From Catajapyx aquilonaris (Eukaryota): a stretch of DNA of 58,244 nucleotides. The position numbers and the translations under genes were made by a program. Positions within the stretch are counted from its first letter, which is position 1. Every line of letters starts with the position of its first letter. The stretch is from the NCBI GenBank assembly GCA_000934665.2, contig KZ538622.1, positions 1-58,244 on the forward strand, given 5' to 3'. The notes under the pieces were generated by a model. That model was not told where the DNA came from, ran no database searches, and saw nothing but the letters and a program-made list of their open reading frames with translations. Below, in pieces: positions 37,060-50,062 of this stretch.

Positions 37060-37142
37060 GTCTGCACAGCAATCACCCAATCCCACACCTCAAAGCCTGC
37101 AGCAATCTGAGCTTGCTCCTGAACAGTCAGGCGGTCGGCCAT
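37060..37142 (-). pseudogene. N-terminal fragment of a Tc1/mariner transposase (DUF4817-like HTH start)
   Basis: MADRLTVQEQAQIAAGFEVWDWVIAVQ lies just inside the right TIR and points inward, as expected for a deleted autonomous element. Confidence 0.65.
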
Positions 37143-37483
37143 CTTTTTTTCATGTGCTGCCTCTCTCGGCCACTGACCACACCTCCGAAGCGCGAATTAT
37201 GGAATCCTATTTCGTGACGTGTATGTACGTTATTTTCATTATATTCGCGTTAACAATATAGAAGTCAGAGACATTTCCCAATGCCTACTTACTTCGCACC
37301 CACTCTGTAGTGTAATTATTGCCCAGGTAACTTATGTCAAATGTATAGCATACGGCATGGAAGTTTCTTTTAGAACTTTATATCGCACTAAGTTATCGCG
37401 TGGGATTGTCCGAAGTGGGCCCCATTAAGATAAGATGTGGGTGTGATTTGCCTTTTCATGTTGGATAGAGTACACACAGACTT

Positions 37484-37742
37484 GTCTGGCCTGAAGCTCA
37501 GGGGACATTGATCACACAACTTTTCTAACCTAGATTAACCTAACCTAACCTACCCTACCCTTAACCTAGGCTGAGCAAAATGGAATTTTCGTAAACCCAA
37601 TTGTAGGGGCAATCATGTCCCACTGAAGAATACCACATCCGAGTTTTTAGCTGTGGGGACCGAAAAATGTCCCCATGATTGGGTCGTGTCCCCTAACTTA
37701 CAGTGAAAACACCAATCCTCGTCCCATGAGCTTAGGCCAGAC
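37484..37742 (-). mobile_element. (CA)n-flanked TTAGG-bearing element, copy 3 (inverted)
   Basis: IR GTCTGGCCTGAAGCTCA / TGAGCTTAGGCCAGAC; internal (CCTAA)n(TACCC)n; ACACACA flanks at about 37472-37478 and 37748-37756. Confidence 0.78.
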
Positions 37743-38640
37743 CTGTCCACACACACCCACCACCTTGTTTTATTACTATGCATATATTCGCTTATTGTTG
37801 TGAAATACAGTATGTCCCACAAAACATATATGCCTGAAAAACATGGACGCATTGTTCTAAAAATCATGTTAATTTACTAATGGCAAATGTGTGGTCCGAA
37901 AGCAGAACACGTGCTTCAGAATGTGCGGTGTATCATTTACAGCAAGAATTAATCGTGCATTCCATACCCCGTCGAATAAACTGGAATTTGCAGCCTCATT
38001 TCGAAGCATGAGATTCATTTGCTCATGAAAATTATTGCAATGGATGGCCCATTGAAGTGAGAGGTTGTTATTTCGAAACGCTCCAACGCATTATCGCAAT
38101 GTTTTCCTTTCGGATTCACAGACACTTGTCGCTAAAACACAGGGCAATGTAGCAAACGGAGATGCTACAATCCATTTGTATCGCATGACTTTAATGTCGT
38201 TCAGTGTTGCGCCTCTCATTACGTGACGCGGACAATTATTCATATACTTTAGTCATGAATTTATTTCATGTCGCCATTGCTTAACTCATATTATTGATCT
38301 TTATATGTGCTGTTTAAACGTCATTTTATCTTATTTACGTCCTGTGTATAATAAGTGTAAGATAAATATCAATGCAGATAACTACTGACTAATCGATATT
38401 GAAAGGCAGAGCAGTAGGCCTATGTAGAGTCAAAATACAGTGGCGTGCATTGCAACCATGAAGGCCCAGACTCACAGCTTTAAATCACAATGATGCATGC
38501 TTTAGACCTACCCTTTTAAAAGGGTGCATTTTCTCCCGGCAAGCCAATATCAAATGGTTGTTGCCTAATCTCCCTCCCTCATCAGGCTGCATGTGTAATC
38601 AGCTTGCATATTGAGCCCAATCATCTCCAAGAGATGGTTT

Positions 38641-38708
38641 CCCCCAGCAGTTTCATGACTTAATAGCAAAGTATCCCCCAGCAGTTTCATGACTTAATAG
38701 CAAAGTAT
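38641..38708. repeat. Perfect 34-bp tandem duplication
   Basis: CCCCCAGCAGTTTCATGACTTAATAGCAAAGTAT x2. Confidence 0.95.
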
Positions 38709-39499
38709 CCCCCAAGCCGCCATTGTGAAGCAACCATCCCCGGATAAGTAGCTTAGTCCGTATCTGAGATTTCAGACGGGGAATAGCCAAGCAATAGTCG
38801 CCGAGGTTTCCTCCAATAATGGCGGATGCGATTCCCCGGAGCTGCGACAGGCGATGGCAGCCCGGAGACCCGCCCTGGGGACCACTCTCTCTTCCACCTT
38901 ACCTGCAAATAACAACCACAGGAAACCCTCCCTCCCTCCCGCCCTCCCTCCCNTCCATTCTACTCCACCCACCCCTCCAGCATCCTCTCTATATCCAGAA
39001 AGCCTTTCCAATAAGCCACACGCAGTCAGCTTCTAGGAATGCAATATATGAGTCCCGAGAGCTGGCGCCGCACGCACACACTACAACTCGCTTTCCCCAG
39101 CAAAATTCTTACCCCCGGACTCGTAAATCCTGGGGTAGGACTCTTCCGGGACCCATCTTAGCCCCCCGCCCCCTTACCTTGCCCTACCCCGTCTCTCAAT
39201 TCTACCCTCCTGCTCTGCACACTCATGATCCGGGAAGGCTCTTTCTCAGCCTGCGTCAGGAGGAATTTGAATAGCATGTGCGTATGTCGCCAGGTGAGCG
39301 TTTAAGCCAGAAATCACTGTCTGCCTCAACTCAGAAAGTAATTTTGTCTAGGAGTGTCTTGTTTATTGCTTTGACGGTAAGATGAAGTGGCACTCCCCTT
39401 TTCCTAAACCAAGTTGAATATTATTTATGCACAATTCCGTTGCATGTAGGTCATTTTTCAGCAGTTCAGTTGCTGGGAAATATACACAGTAGGCTACTG

Positions 39500-39880
39500 T
39501 CAGTCAAATACACTTGTCCAAAAATGGAATTTTTAGAGCACCATATAATACCATCAATTTCAGATCAAGGTTAATATCTTGCCATATGATGCAGAAAGCC
39601 AGATAATGTACATCAAAAATAATAAACACTCTTATTACTCGAAATTTGAGAAATCAAACCGCTTCTTTAATCAATTGTAATTAAAATAGGTCAGTCAAAT
39701 ATGGCAATATAAATTCATTACAAAGGAGATTTTTACATCCTGTCGCAAGCATTTGTGTACATGTGCTATTTTTCGAAAGAATCAGGAATAGCTAATACAC
39801 CCATACTCATTATAAATCTCCATAGAAAAGGTGGAGGTGGTTAGATTCATGACTTTCAAGTAACCTCTCCGGAAGTCCAT
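39500..39880 (-). pseudogene. Decayed LINE reverse transcriptase fragment
   Basis: Minus-strand EIYNEYG..IPDSFEK followed by FDVHYLAFCIIWQDINLDLKLMVY...YLTD resembles the RT motifs ifN..P..wK and D...AFd.v.h..L..KL...YL.dR. Confidence 0.4.
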
Positions 39881-40647
39881 AATTTAAACGCAATTTTGGC
39901 TCATATTGGTAAGTTAGGCTTTCAGTGCTCCTGGGCAATACCTTTGCTGCTTTCAAGATGCCAGCTACGAAACCAAACTCCCGTAAAAGGAAAATTATAC
40001 GACAGAAACTAAGTCTCTTATAATCTGTCTCCTTCCTTTCCCCTCAGGTGACTACTCCATTTTATCATCTTCAATGTTTACGTTTAATAACAACCACTTG
40101 ATCCATAATGATCTAACCTTTCTCTAGCAATGTTAAGTAGGTTCGTATCATGTTATAAATATTGCCAAGCCCAGGGTCATGGAAGGCACGAGCAGCTTAT
40201 TTACTGCCAAAATTAATATTCTGCTTCCAGGTTACAATATATTCTTGTATAGTCATCCAAATCACCGTGCCATAGTGGCTTGAAAAGAGCATCTTGGCCA
40301 GTGTCCTAACAGCGCAGGTGGTGACGACTGTCGATCGAAGTGTATTCGTAGAATTAGTGGAATGTTATTTTGCTGTGCGGCTCTCTTAGTGGTGGTTTCA
40401 GCCAGGGAATAAGCTGGGAGGCAAGAAGGAAGGGGGGAGGTGGGAGAGGGAGAGAGAGAGAGAGAGAGAGAGATGAATGGCAGATCAAATTAAGGGATTA
40501 GCGGCGAAGCATGGCGTCAGGCGAAGGCGTCCCTTTTCTCCTAATTCCCTCCTTTTGGCGGATACGAACCAAGGACGGACGGGCACAGATACGAATTAGG
40601 AGAGATGGATGCCAGCTCGGAGAGCCTTCAACGAAAACATATCTGTA

Positions 40648-40876
40648 CAAGGAGGCTCACAAAATCCATGTAACCTAATACATCAACCGCTTTGGCTCCA
40701 ATTTACGGCCTTGGTCGTGACAGCGTCGCAGCTATATTGGTTTCGTGGTTGAAAGTAACACAACAGCTTACAAGCCTGAGGATGAAGCTGCTGCGTTGCC
40801 CTTGTCATGCTAAATGGAGCCAAATGCTACACTGGCAATTTCATATTGGTTTAGATGGCTTTTGTGTCTCACCCTG
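40648..40876. mobile_element. Old Tc1/mariner-type MITE
   Basis: TA|CAAGGAGGCTCACAAAATCCATGTAACCTAATA pairs imperfectly with TATTGGTTTAGATGGCTTTTGTGTCTCACCCTG|TA. Confidence 0.65.
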
Positions 40877-41347
40877 TATACTTACAGCGAAGAAGTGGAG
40901 AGAAAGTCCCGAATTGGAGAGGGGGAGGGCGGATTCCGTTCTTGCTTCGGGGCCATTTTTCAGATGAGGATATGAGAGGAAGCATCAGAAAAAGGAAGGA
41001 GAGAAAAAAGAGGAGTGGGAGGGTCTCTTGATTTGCGAGCAATCTCTCTCTCCTTTGTACCGTGAAAGTCACGGGGACTTTTTTCCTCAATTTCCAGGAA
41101 GAAGGGGCAACTATCACGTTCCAATTATGGTGATGACGCCGACTACAAAAAGTCGATAGAAGGAAGCTCCCTTCCCCTACTCCCTCTCCTCCGTTCCTAT
41201 AGCAACCGATCATCCCATCGACTTCTCTTTCACTGCCAATTTTCGAGTCCTTCCCTCACAAGTGGAACGACTTGAAACATGGCCCAATCCACCAATCGCA
41301 TTTCAAAAACGCCGTCTATGATCCCATAGTACGCATATTATATTATA

Positions 41348-41382
41348 CTAGAACTATGCCCTTCCTTCGCGAGGGAAGGCCC
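41348..41382 (-). mobile_element. Helitron-like 3' terminus
   Basis: A|CTAG followed by the hairpin CCTTCCTTCGCGAGGGAAGG. Confidence 0.4.
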
Positions 41383-41400
41383 ACATCTATCATGAGGTGA

Positions 41401-41401
<1 letters not shown>

Positions 41402-41468
<67 letters not shown>

Positions 41469-41524
41469 TTATTATTCTTATTATTATTATTATTATTATT
41501 CTTATTATTATTCATCATCATCAT
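41402..41524. repeat. (ATT)n/(CAT)n microsatellite
   Basis: Trinucleotide tract with a few interruptions. Confidence 0.95.
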
Positions 41525-42399
41525 ATGCCTATTATTAGGCTTATTATAAGGAGGAGAGTTGGGGGGAAATCCTCCTCTTCCACTTCCTCAGGGCCACGAG
41601 CCCCCTGGTCCACCCAGGTCGAGTATTCTCAAAATGCCCAGGTGGAGGGGGGGGGGGGGATACACTATTGCACAAATGGAAGCTGAAACACCAACCATGA
41701 GTCTGCTGAAAGTTCCCATAATGTCTCATGAAAGCGTCGGAGATAAGTCTGCTGCGATGGTTGTTGGCAATGGCCATGGTATATCGAATTTGGCGTTGGA
41801 GGGTTAAGAGTGTTTTATCTGCCAAAATCCCGAATAAAAGGTTTACAGTATCCACGAGAAAACATTTGTGGCTTTGGGCGAGGTTTTGGAATTTTTCTCT
41901 AGGTTTTTAGATAATCAGCTATCCGCATGCCCATTTTAGCCCTCGTGGTAATCTTAAAGTTGGTTGGAATAAATTATCTGAACATCCATATCCTCTAGCA
42001 ACCTGAACAAAAAATGCAACTAACTTCCTATGGTAAATCATATATTGATACTAGGGAGGTCTCAGCATCGATGAAAAATATTACTACGTTCATGCGTCAT
42101 TTAGGCTAGTTTTGTAGTTAGAGCATGTACACATAATATGTGGACATCTGGTTAGAATATATTCCTTTATTGTTTCTCTACAAAAAAATTGTCTACAAAT
42201 GAATAGTAAATACAAAAGGGAGTCCAGTATTTTGTTACATATTACCTATTATCTATTACATGTGGTACTCCAAGAAACAATTTCTGTTAAAAGTCATACA
42301 CAAGTACACTTTGCAGAAAATGCATCAGACTTGTGATCGTCCTCTACATCCTCAACGCAACGACTGATATTTGTGCCATTGATCATCTTAGCTAGATGA

Positions 42400-43050
42400 G
42401 TACCATTGCTTTTTCGTATTTTAAGGTTGGGCCTTGGGATCACATTCCTGTCAACATCCAACATCATCCTCCCCTATACGCCCCTTGTTCCTGGACGATG
42501 CAGCAAAGCATATGCAACATACTCTCGGAACTGCATAAATCCCATCGCAAAGGAAACTGCAAAAAACTTTTGGATTTCATCGACAGTAGTATTTAGGCTT
42601 TTCCCATGTTTCAGCACATACTGGATGTTAGTCATCAGGGCAATATTTTCATAGAGCTTTCCATATAAGTGCTGCTCAAAGTAATCAATGGGGGCGCCAA
42701 TCTTGTCTTTCCCCACTTGTGTCCTATGAAACAAAGTTTGGGACAGGTGTTGGCGGAAACCGGTACAAAACAGTATAATTTAGTAAACAATCATTTGGAT
42801 AAACGTCTCTTAGCAACAGAAAAGGTATACTCACACAGTCACCACACTCCATTCCTCCTCCAGATGGGCTTCCGCTTAGAGTGGGGGTGGGGGGGCAGTG
42901 TCGCTATAGTCACAGGTCATGCCGTCGTCAGCTTCACTAACTTGTGCTTGATTCCCTCGATTGAGATCTTGGCCCTGTACCTTATTTATCATCTTCATCA
43001 TCATCAAGATCAGAATCATAAAGCAGCCCCACAATGTCATCTTCGTCCAT
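42400..43050 (-). pseudogene. Degenerate piggyBac (PGBD2/3-like, DDE_Tnp_1_7) transposase, N-terminal half
   Basis: Acidic start MDEDDIVGLLYDSDLDDEDD (ATG at 43050), then KRKPIWRR, then APIDYFEQHLYGKLYENIALMTNIQYVLKHGKSLNTTVDEIQKFFAVSFAMGFMQF, matching the P.dyF...TN.Y...tt..Ei..F.g...Mg motif; contains stops and frameshifts. Confidence 0.85.
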
Positions 43051-43287
43051 TGATACTGATGGGACCTTCCCTTCAGTAGATGCTTAAAAAAGTCATAGAG
43101 GAGGCCAGTTGCGAGTTCAACCCAGTGGCAACATATGTGTACATATCAAAATAATAACACAACAGCTTACAAGCCTGAGGATGAATCTGCTGCATTGCTC
43201 TTGTCATTCTAAATGGAGCCAAATGCTACACTAGCAATTTCATATTGGTTTAGATGGCTTTTGTGTCTCACCCTGTATACTTACAGC

Positions 43288-44431
43288 CAAAGGCGGTTTT
43301 ACATAGAGGCACATGTAGCACGTGCTACGGGCCCCGCGCTGATAGGGGCCCCGCGCTGATGCGTACACTTGTACTCTGGCTATTAGAAATTTTTCGTAAG
43401 GATTGCAAATTATCTCGCACAGTACATTCGCACAATATAATGAAGATTTACATATTTGCTTGAGTGCTGGATGAAAGATGGAGATGGAGGCGAAAGGTTT
43501 CACCGAGACTGGAGGGTTAAAATCTTAAATCAGTCCCGGATATACTTGGGAGGGGGTCCCAGTCCGGAGCCCACTTCCCCCACAGGAGGTTGAAGGGGCG
43601 AAAATTTTGGGACGAAAGGGGGGACATCAGCAGGTGCCTTCAATTAGGAATCCCGACTTCTGGTCGAGGCCGAGGGTCACTGTACGCGTACAGGGCAAGA
43701 AATACTAAGTCACTGGGGACAAGGGTATTTGGAGGCCTGGATGGCAATTTCAATGCATTTTTCGGGGTCGTGCTCTAATAATGGAATATTGACAACCCTG
43801 TGTACACCTTGAGGGCTCACCGTCCGGTACCAAGCCTGAAGAATCCCGTAGGCCCCGTCCTGCTGCGCAAGTGCACAGTGCAGAGTGCACACAGGGTCAC
43901 ACACCTCTTGTGCAGGCACTTACGCTACTGAACAGCCGAGCAAGGTCTGCAATTATTATTATAATGGATCAAGAGCTGAATGGATACATTATTTTACACT
44001 GGTCAACGGTGATATTTTTTCAAGTGAACAATATTAGGTGCGATATTTCTTACGCATTCAGAGATTTAGCATGGGAACCACACATGAACGCTTGCTATAT
44101 TGATTTTTAAAGTTCAGGATAATACGGTACGCGTAGTTAGCAAACATTTTCAGCAAAGTCATCCTGACCGTTACATTAAAGATGGGCTGGACACTAAGCA
44201 AGTCATGGACAAATATTCAAAATATCTATTGTTCTGTGAATTAAATTAAATGCAAATATGCAATATTGCCATTTCTTCATTCGCATATACCCAAGGTTAC
44301 CGTCGGTAAGTCGTCATTTTTCCTGTCTGCCCATGGGAGTTGCAAAATGCAATTATGTACTAGTACATGGAGCCAAGGAGGCCCCACTATTAGTAGTGCT
44401 ACGGGCCCCGCGGATCCTTAAACCGGCCCTG
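43288..44431. mobile_element. Non-autonomous hAT element
   Basis: 8-bp TSD CTTACAGC (43280-87, 44432-39); TIR CAAAGGCGGTTT / AAACCGGCCCTG; subterminal GGGCCCC motifs; empty paralogous site at 40881. Confidence 0.92.
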
Positions 44432-45744
44432 CTTACAGCGAAGAAGTGGAGAGAAAGTCCCGAATTGGAGAGGGAGAGGGGGAGACATGTCCATTTGCAA
44501 AATTATTGGCTTTCTCGTCATCAATTTATGCACAAGACTGGCGAATGTAGCTATACACTATTTTATACATTTTAATTTCCACTTAAATAGCATAAAAATA
44601 CTTACGTCCAGGCCTGAGATCCATGGCGTGGTAGCCATTTGTGGAGGGAATACTACTTGATCGATGGTATCGCCGAGGCAGCCCGAGAAATCAGGCACTC
44701 CCGGGTAGTCCACGTACGTGGACAAGCGGTTGGAAAACGGTTGCAAAACAGAGATGAGCGAGAAAAAATGGCTAGAGGATACAGTGTTTTATAAATAATT
44801 ATCACCACATTCCAAAAGTAAGAACGGTTTGGACAGATATATTGTTTTTAATTCCACGAAAAAACAGCCACATGATAGCGCATAATCGTATCTTTATGTA
44901 CGACTGAACTCAAACCCCATGAAGATCGAAGCTTTTTTAGAGTCTTGTGGCACCAAATTTTGTAACCCTATGCCAAGCACCCTTGCCTCGTCGCCAGACC
45001 TATTCCTTAGTGGCTAACAACTGTAAGTCCCTCCGACAAATATCTGGACGTGGCAAAACAAATGAAGGTTAATCAGTACCATACTCATATCCTCCTCCCT
45101 AGGCAATCTGTCAGGTGATCTGCCGGCGAAAAAGTGCCATGTGTAATTTCCGCGCGTGTTCAGGGGAATGCAAATATGCTCGCGAAGGTGCAACCCGGCC
45201 TCAGATACTGCCCTCTTTAAATTTTGGACGGCTCCATAGATTACGTTTACCACGTACTGTAACAGGGGTTTATGGCATCATCCAGGATGTCAGTATTTGG
45301 CCTTGGACTGACTTGTCTGTCTTTTTCGGTCTGTCCCCCTCCCTTCATGCTTCCCTCCTTTGCCTGCTCTTCTCCTCCCAGCCTACATCTATTGTGCCTG
45401 ACACCTCATTGAATCGAAGCATCTATGATATCACAATTCCTTATTTCCCTGCCGTGCTGAGCGTGAATAGATGGAGAAAGTGTGGAGGGCATTTGCGATC
45501 GGCTGCACCTACTTGCTCTGAGGGCCCATGTTGGCTTCGAGAGAAAAGTTGCTGGAGAAGTGCAGCCTGCAGATAGTTGGCATGGGAACCCCCTTTTTTC
45601 ACCGAGTAGAGGGTTCATTTTTCACGCCTTACAAAATACCTATGAAAGTTCCAATAAAAGATACAATGTGGGTTGCCGCGTGTCCTGGTACACCAAACCT
45701 TGTATTGTTGACCTCTGCTTCGCTTTTGTAAACGCTATATATGA

Positions 45745-45791
45745 TAATAATAATAATCCTGGGGTAGTGCTTTCACCCCCAAATGGGGGTA
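45745..45791 (-). mobile_element. 3' tail fragment of SINE family A
   Basis: The reverse complement matches ATACCCC..GGGT.AAAGCACTACC..AGG(ATT)n of 3487-3530. Confidence 0.65.
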
Positions 45792-45819
45792 TGATATATC
45801 ACGCAGACCTTTATTTTGA

Positions 45820-46370
45820 TACTCGCTTTGCGAGCCGGTGGGGCTCCGCCCCCCCGGACCCCCCCGTGGGGCTGCGCCCCACCTGCGCGCCTCCGGCGCG
45901 GTGTCCGTATTCCGCCTAATCCATCCGGTTACAGAAATCAGTGACGTCACCGGTAGCGATGAGGAGTTTTCCAACGTGCCCTCTCTGACGTATCGTTCAA
46001 AACAGCGCTTGGGACGACAGGTGGGACCATCTGTGACGTATCATTCCAACGGCTGGTTTGAGGGCCGTTTTGAGTGACAGCATGTGGAGAGGAGTGGATG
46101 GGCCATTGTTCTCGGGGATCCGGGGGAGTTTGCGGATACATTAATTTCGCGATCTCGGGTTTGCGTCTACAATTAATTTCGCGATCTCGGGTTTGCGTCT
46201 ACATTTAATTTGGCGATCTCCAAAACGGCTGGGAATTTTGCGATTATGAGGATTTTTGGAATTGGTATACCGGAAGCTAGAAATCCAAAGGTGCAAGTCC
46301 GAGGTCTCTGCGACGCCGTGAAGTGCGAAATCTTTTTCATCCTCCTCCTCCTCCTCGGATTGGGGTTTAT
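45820..46370 (-). mobile_element. Helitron-like family H, copy 3
   Basis: Homologous to copies 1 and 2; internal 32-bp tandem duplication ATTAATTTCGCGATCTCGGGTTTGCGTCTACA at 46140-46203. Confidence 0.7.
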
Positions 46371-46904
46371 TAACCATTCAAAAGGTATTGGTACGTTGAG
46401 GTGGGAAAATGCATATTTCCCAGCCAATGCAAAGCAAAGGTGGGATTGCAGATGGGTCGCAGGGTACGGAATCCCGGATATGTGAATGCACGGAGGAACG
46501 GGTGGGGGTGTATGTATAGGCTGTGATAGGGGGATGGGCATCATCATTGGCTATAAATCGGAAGCGATCAAAATTATGGTAGGTCGGTCTAGAAAAAAGC
46601 GAACGAAGCGAGCGGTTTTCTACGCCTGCGCCATAGAAAAATGCGAGCGTAGCGAGAGTTTTTCTAGTTTCCTTTGAAAATGAGTATGAAGTTCCCAAAG
46701 GTTGCGTGCGCCACATGCACGATGTAGGAAGAAACGGTGAGAAAGCTCCCCCTGGGGGGGGGGGGGGGGGGTGAAGCCCAAAGCTGGGACAAGGAGATGG
46801 TTGCGGGCTCGGCCGCCAGATGCGCTAGCGGCAACATCTAGTCCTGTTTTTCTGGAAGCGCATATGGTCTTGCATTACTACTACGTTCATTTTTCTGCTA
46901 ATAT

Positions 46905-46940
46905 TTTATTATTATTACAGTAATATTATTATTATTATTA

Positions 46941-47007
<67 letters not shown>

Positions 47008-47360
47008 CATCATCATCATCATCCCCGTACCCCTTGATGGCCCTCTATGGGCCTTTCGGGGGGTGGCCTACCACCATTCGGTTTTTAGTTTTCTACTTTT
47101 CTTCGAACTCCGGTGCAATGATTACTAGGAAATGGGGTAAGGGTTGGGGATTTTTGGGGAGGGGACACAGGCGCAGGTGCATTGTCCAGCGGTGGGCCAG
47201 GTGCAGTCCCCCAGGAGGCCAGGTTGCCAAGACGCCTCCTCAGGCGCGGGTCACGACCCATTGACGCAAGCGAAAGGTTTGTTCCCGGGCTGGGATTAGA
47301 ACCCGGGACCTTTCGCATAGCAAGCCGAGACGTTACCATCTCGGCCACCGTGCCTTCCCC
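46905..47360 (-). mobile_element. tRNA-derived SINE (family C), copy 2, with a long (GAT)n(AAT)n tail
   Basis: 17-bp TSD CATT(T/G)TTCTGCTAATAT (46888-46904, 47361-47377); A-box TGGCCGAGATGG and B-box GGTTCTAATCCC. Confidence 0.9.
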
Positions 47361-47992
47361 CATTGTTCTGCTAATATGTGACAGAAAAATCTGAAAGTGG
47401 TGCCCGATGTGTTCCTACTACATTCATTCAAATGTCGTAATTATATTAAACTACGATATACGGACTTGTCATGCCAAAATAAATACCGTACCTTTCAGTA
47501 GCGGCGCGGCGTTTCAGTTCCCGCCGCCTACACGCGTACCAGGATGATGTACTGTATACATACAATATGAAATTATGAATTATGATAGAATAAATGAGTT
47601 GACCCTTTTGAGTAAACTGAAATAATTATCAGTTTATTACCTACTATTTTATACACTAACTTGATATACACACTGTACGCACTACTCAAGCTATTTTTGC
47701 TGAATATTTATAATCGCATAGTAGACGGCGGGAATTCTCTTTCCCGTCTATTCCACATCCATGTTCGCCTATATGAGATCATTTACCCATCCACAATATA
47801 GACGGGACATCGTGACCAATCTGCTGAAGAATGTCTCACATCTCAATACACCTTCTGGTATACATGAACACAAGCAGCACGTACCTGCTGCTTTCTTCCT
47901 CAAAGAATTTTTTCGTGTTTAATTCGCTGCAGACGCAGATTTGGTCAACATTAGCAATAACTCCCGCATGCATCTGCTGAGTAACATGACTA

Positions 47993-48214
47993 CACTGTAA
48001 AACTGCAAAATATTAAAAGAGCATCACTGGTGAGTCTCTCAAGGAACATCAATTTTTAGTGCTCTTCTAATGCTCTTGTGATGCTCCAGTGATGCTTTTT
48101 TGTAGCTAAAAAGCATCATAAGAGCATTAGCAGAGCATTAGAGGAGCATTAAAAATTGATGTTTCATGAGAGACTCACCAGTGATGCTCTTTTAATGCTT
48201 TGCTGTTTACAGTA
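47993..48214. mobile_element. CACTA/EnSpm-type foldback MITE
   Basis: TA|CACTGTAAA...TTTACAGTA|TA (2-bp TSD), arms of about 100 bp, GAGCATCA/GAGCATTA subterminal repeats. Confidence 0.8.
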
Positions 48215-49127
48215 TAGATGTTCACCGCCATGGCCTCTGGCGGGAGTCGACCGAACTAACATCGTGTCCCCATTTCGGGCTTCAACTGGCTAGCGTTGCG
48301 GGATAGGGAAGCTTTCTCACCGTTTATCCCTACATCGTGGCCACATGTAAACTGGGGGACGAAGGCGGGCGCCAATCACGGACCCAGAAAAGGAGGTCCC
48401 CTAACCAGGGATGGAAAAAGTACCGCTTCCTTCCAAGAAGCGCTTCTTTTTTCCATGTGCAGGGATAGAAAAAGAACCGCTTACCGCCCAAAGAAGCGGT
48501 TCTTTTTCCATCCCTGCCCCTAACACTTGACGTGCATAAGCTCCGTCCCCATCTCTTCTTCCCTCTTCCCTCTCATTTGGGTCTCGGTCGTCGAGGTGTT
48601 CACATCGAGGCTCTGAGCTCCTTCCTGCCCCACTCACTGAGATCAGTGACCTCACTGTTCCATTACTCCCGTCATCTTATTTCAAGTTTCAGCGTTCTTT
48701 TCAGAACCACGGACATATCCCTACCCCGGTAGTTACCCTGGTGTTTTTCTTGGCTATTAGTCGTCCTCCCTTCCGCCCCCACTCGCCCCTGATATCACAG
48801 CTATATCTACCAGAACTATAGCTGCATAAGGAGCAGACAAGCCATTTGAAATGTGCGCCAAATTCCTTAAGGTTTCTTATTTACAAGGCTTGTAAACAAA
48901 AGTTGTAAATAAAACTTGTGCAATCCTAATTCCAACCCTATCGAACAATGATTGGTCGACCGTTAGGGGGCGGGGCTGATTATGAACTCCCTCTAGATGG
49001 CGTTTCCGGACACGGGTTCCTAGTGCACCTCATATTTGTTGCAATGTATGAGCTTCTATCACAATTAGGTTACAACATGTGTGCAACATTAGTGCTTTCG
49101 GTTATATGACTATACGGTATTATGCAG

Positions 49128-49336
49128 CGGCCCTTCGAGAATGCACGTCTGGCACCTCCCACTTTTCAAATTTCATATGTAAATTGATATAGAGATATGA
49201 TGTACTTCTGTATGTAATTGTTTTTTAAAGTAACAACATTTTTCCATAACGTCACTTACGTCAACTAGCAACCTATGGGGTCCTTTGGGAAAATTTGAAA
49301 AGTGGGCGGTGCCAGACGTGCATTCTGGGAGGCACG
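49128..49336. mobile_element. MITE, superfamily unassigned
   Basis: TIR AGAATGCACGTCTGGCACCTCCCACTTTTCAAATTT / AAATTTGAAAAGTGGGCGGTGCCAGACGTGCATTCT. Confidence 0.75.
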
Positions 49337-49860
49337 ATGCCTTTTAGGAAATTTCACTCAAAGCCGTTATTTTTTGTCGCTTGTTGCTCCCCTAACCAGA
49401 AACTAACAAACTGCTACATTTTCGACGACCTGGGAGCAATGGGGCACCTGGATCGAGGCACAAGGAGCTACACAAAAATAACTACTTCGGGCAGTATTTG
49501 TGATAACTGAACAAGATGGGAAAATCACGCGAGCGTGATTCGATGAGACTTTTTCTCATTCTTGCAAGTATGAGCATGTGAATCGATATCTCGATACCGA
49601 GATATCGTAACCTTGGCAGCGTATCGAGTCCAGTATCGGCCTGGGTGATCACATCATGACGGCCTGGGATGCGCATCGCAAACAATTATATGTCCAACGC
49701 AACGTCAGGAATTAATTCCACAACCCCTGTGCCAGAGCGCCAGGTAAAACCCTGGGTAAATCCCCGACATACTTGGCCAGAAATCCACGGAAACTAATTT
49801 CGAAATCCAACGATAACCCGCCCGTAAAGTAGACTTGTGCGGATAGAGTGAACTCGGACA

Positions 49861-50062
49861 ACCGGAAGTGGCGGGTCACCGGAAGTTGACCAGGAAACCT
49901 ATTTATGTCACGCTTAATCCGAATCTGAAAACTATTTGTCGCTATCTCTTGCGGTTTAGGGCCTGATACATGGCCACAGACAGACGGACGGACGGACGGA
50001 CAGAGCCGTTCTATAAGACTTTTTTTTCGATGAGAAACAGTCTAAACTCTAAAAAGTCTAAA
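49861..50062. mobile_element. DINE-1/Helentron-associated (HINE)-like element end
   Basis: ACCGGAAGT x2, an (ACAG)n(ACGG)n microsatellite, then a short terminal hairpin AGACT...AGTCT next to A runs. Confidence 0.5.

Larger units (their letters stand above)
36410..37307. mobile_element. Tc1/mariner deletion derivative hosting a nested TTAGG element
   Basis: TA|CAGGGTGGGTGGGAAGTACGTAGGCA...TGCCTACTTACTTCGCACCCACTCTG|TA; also an internal inverted pair at 36505-36544 / 36972-37015. Confidence 0.85.
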
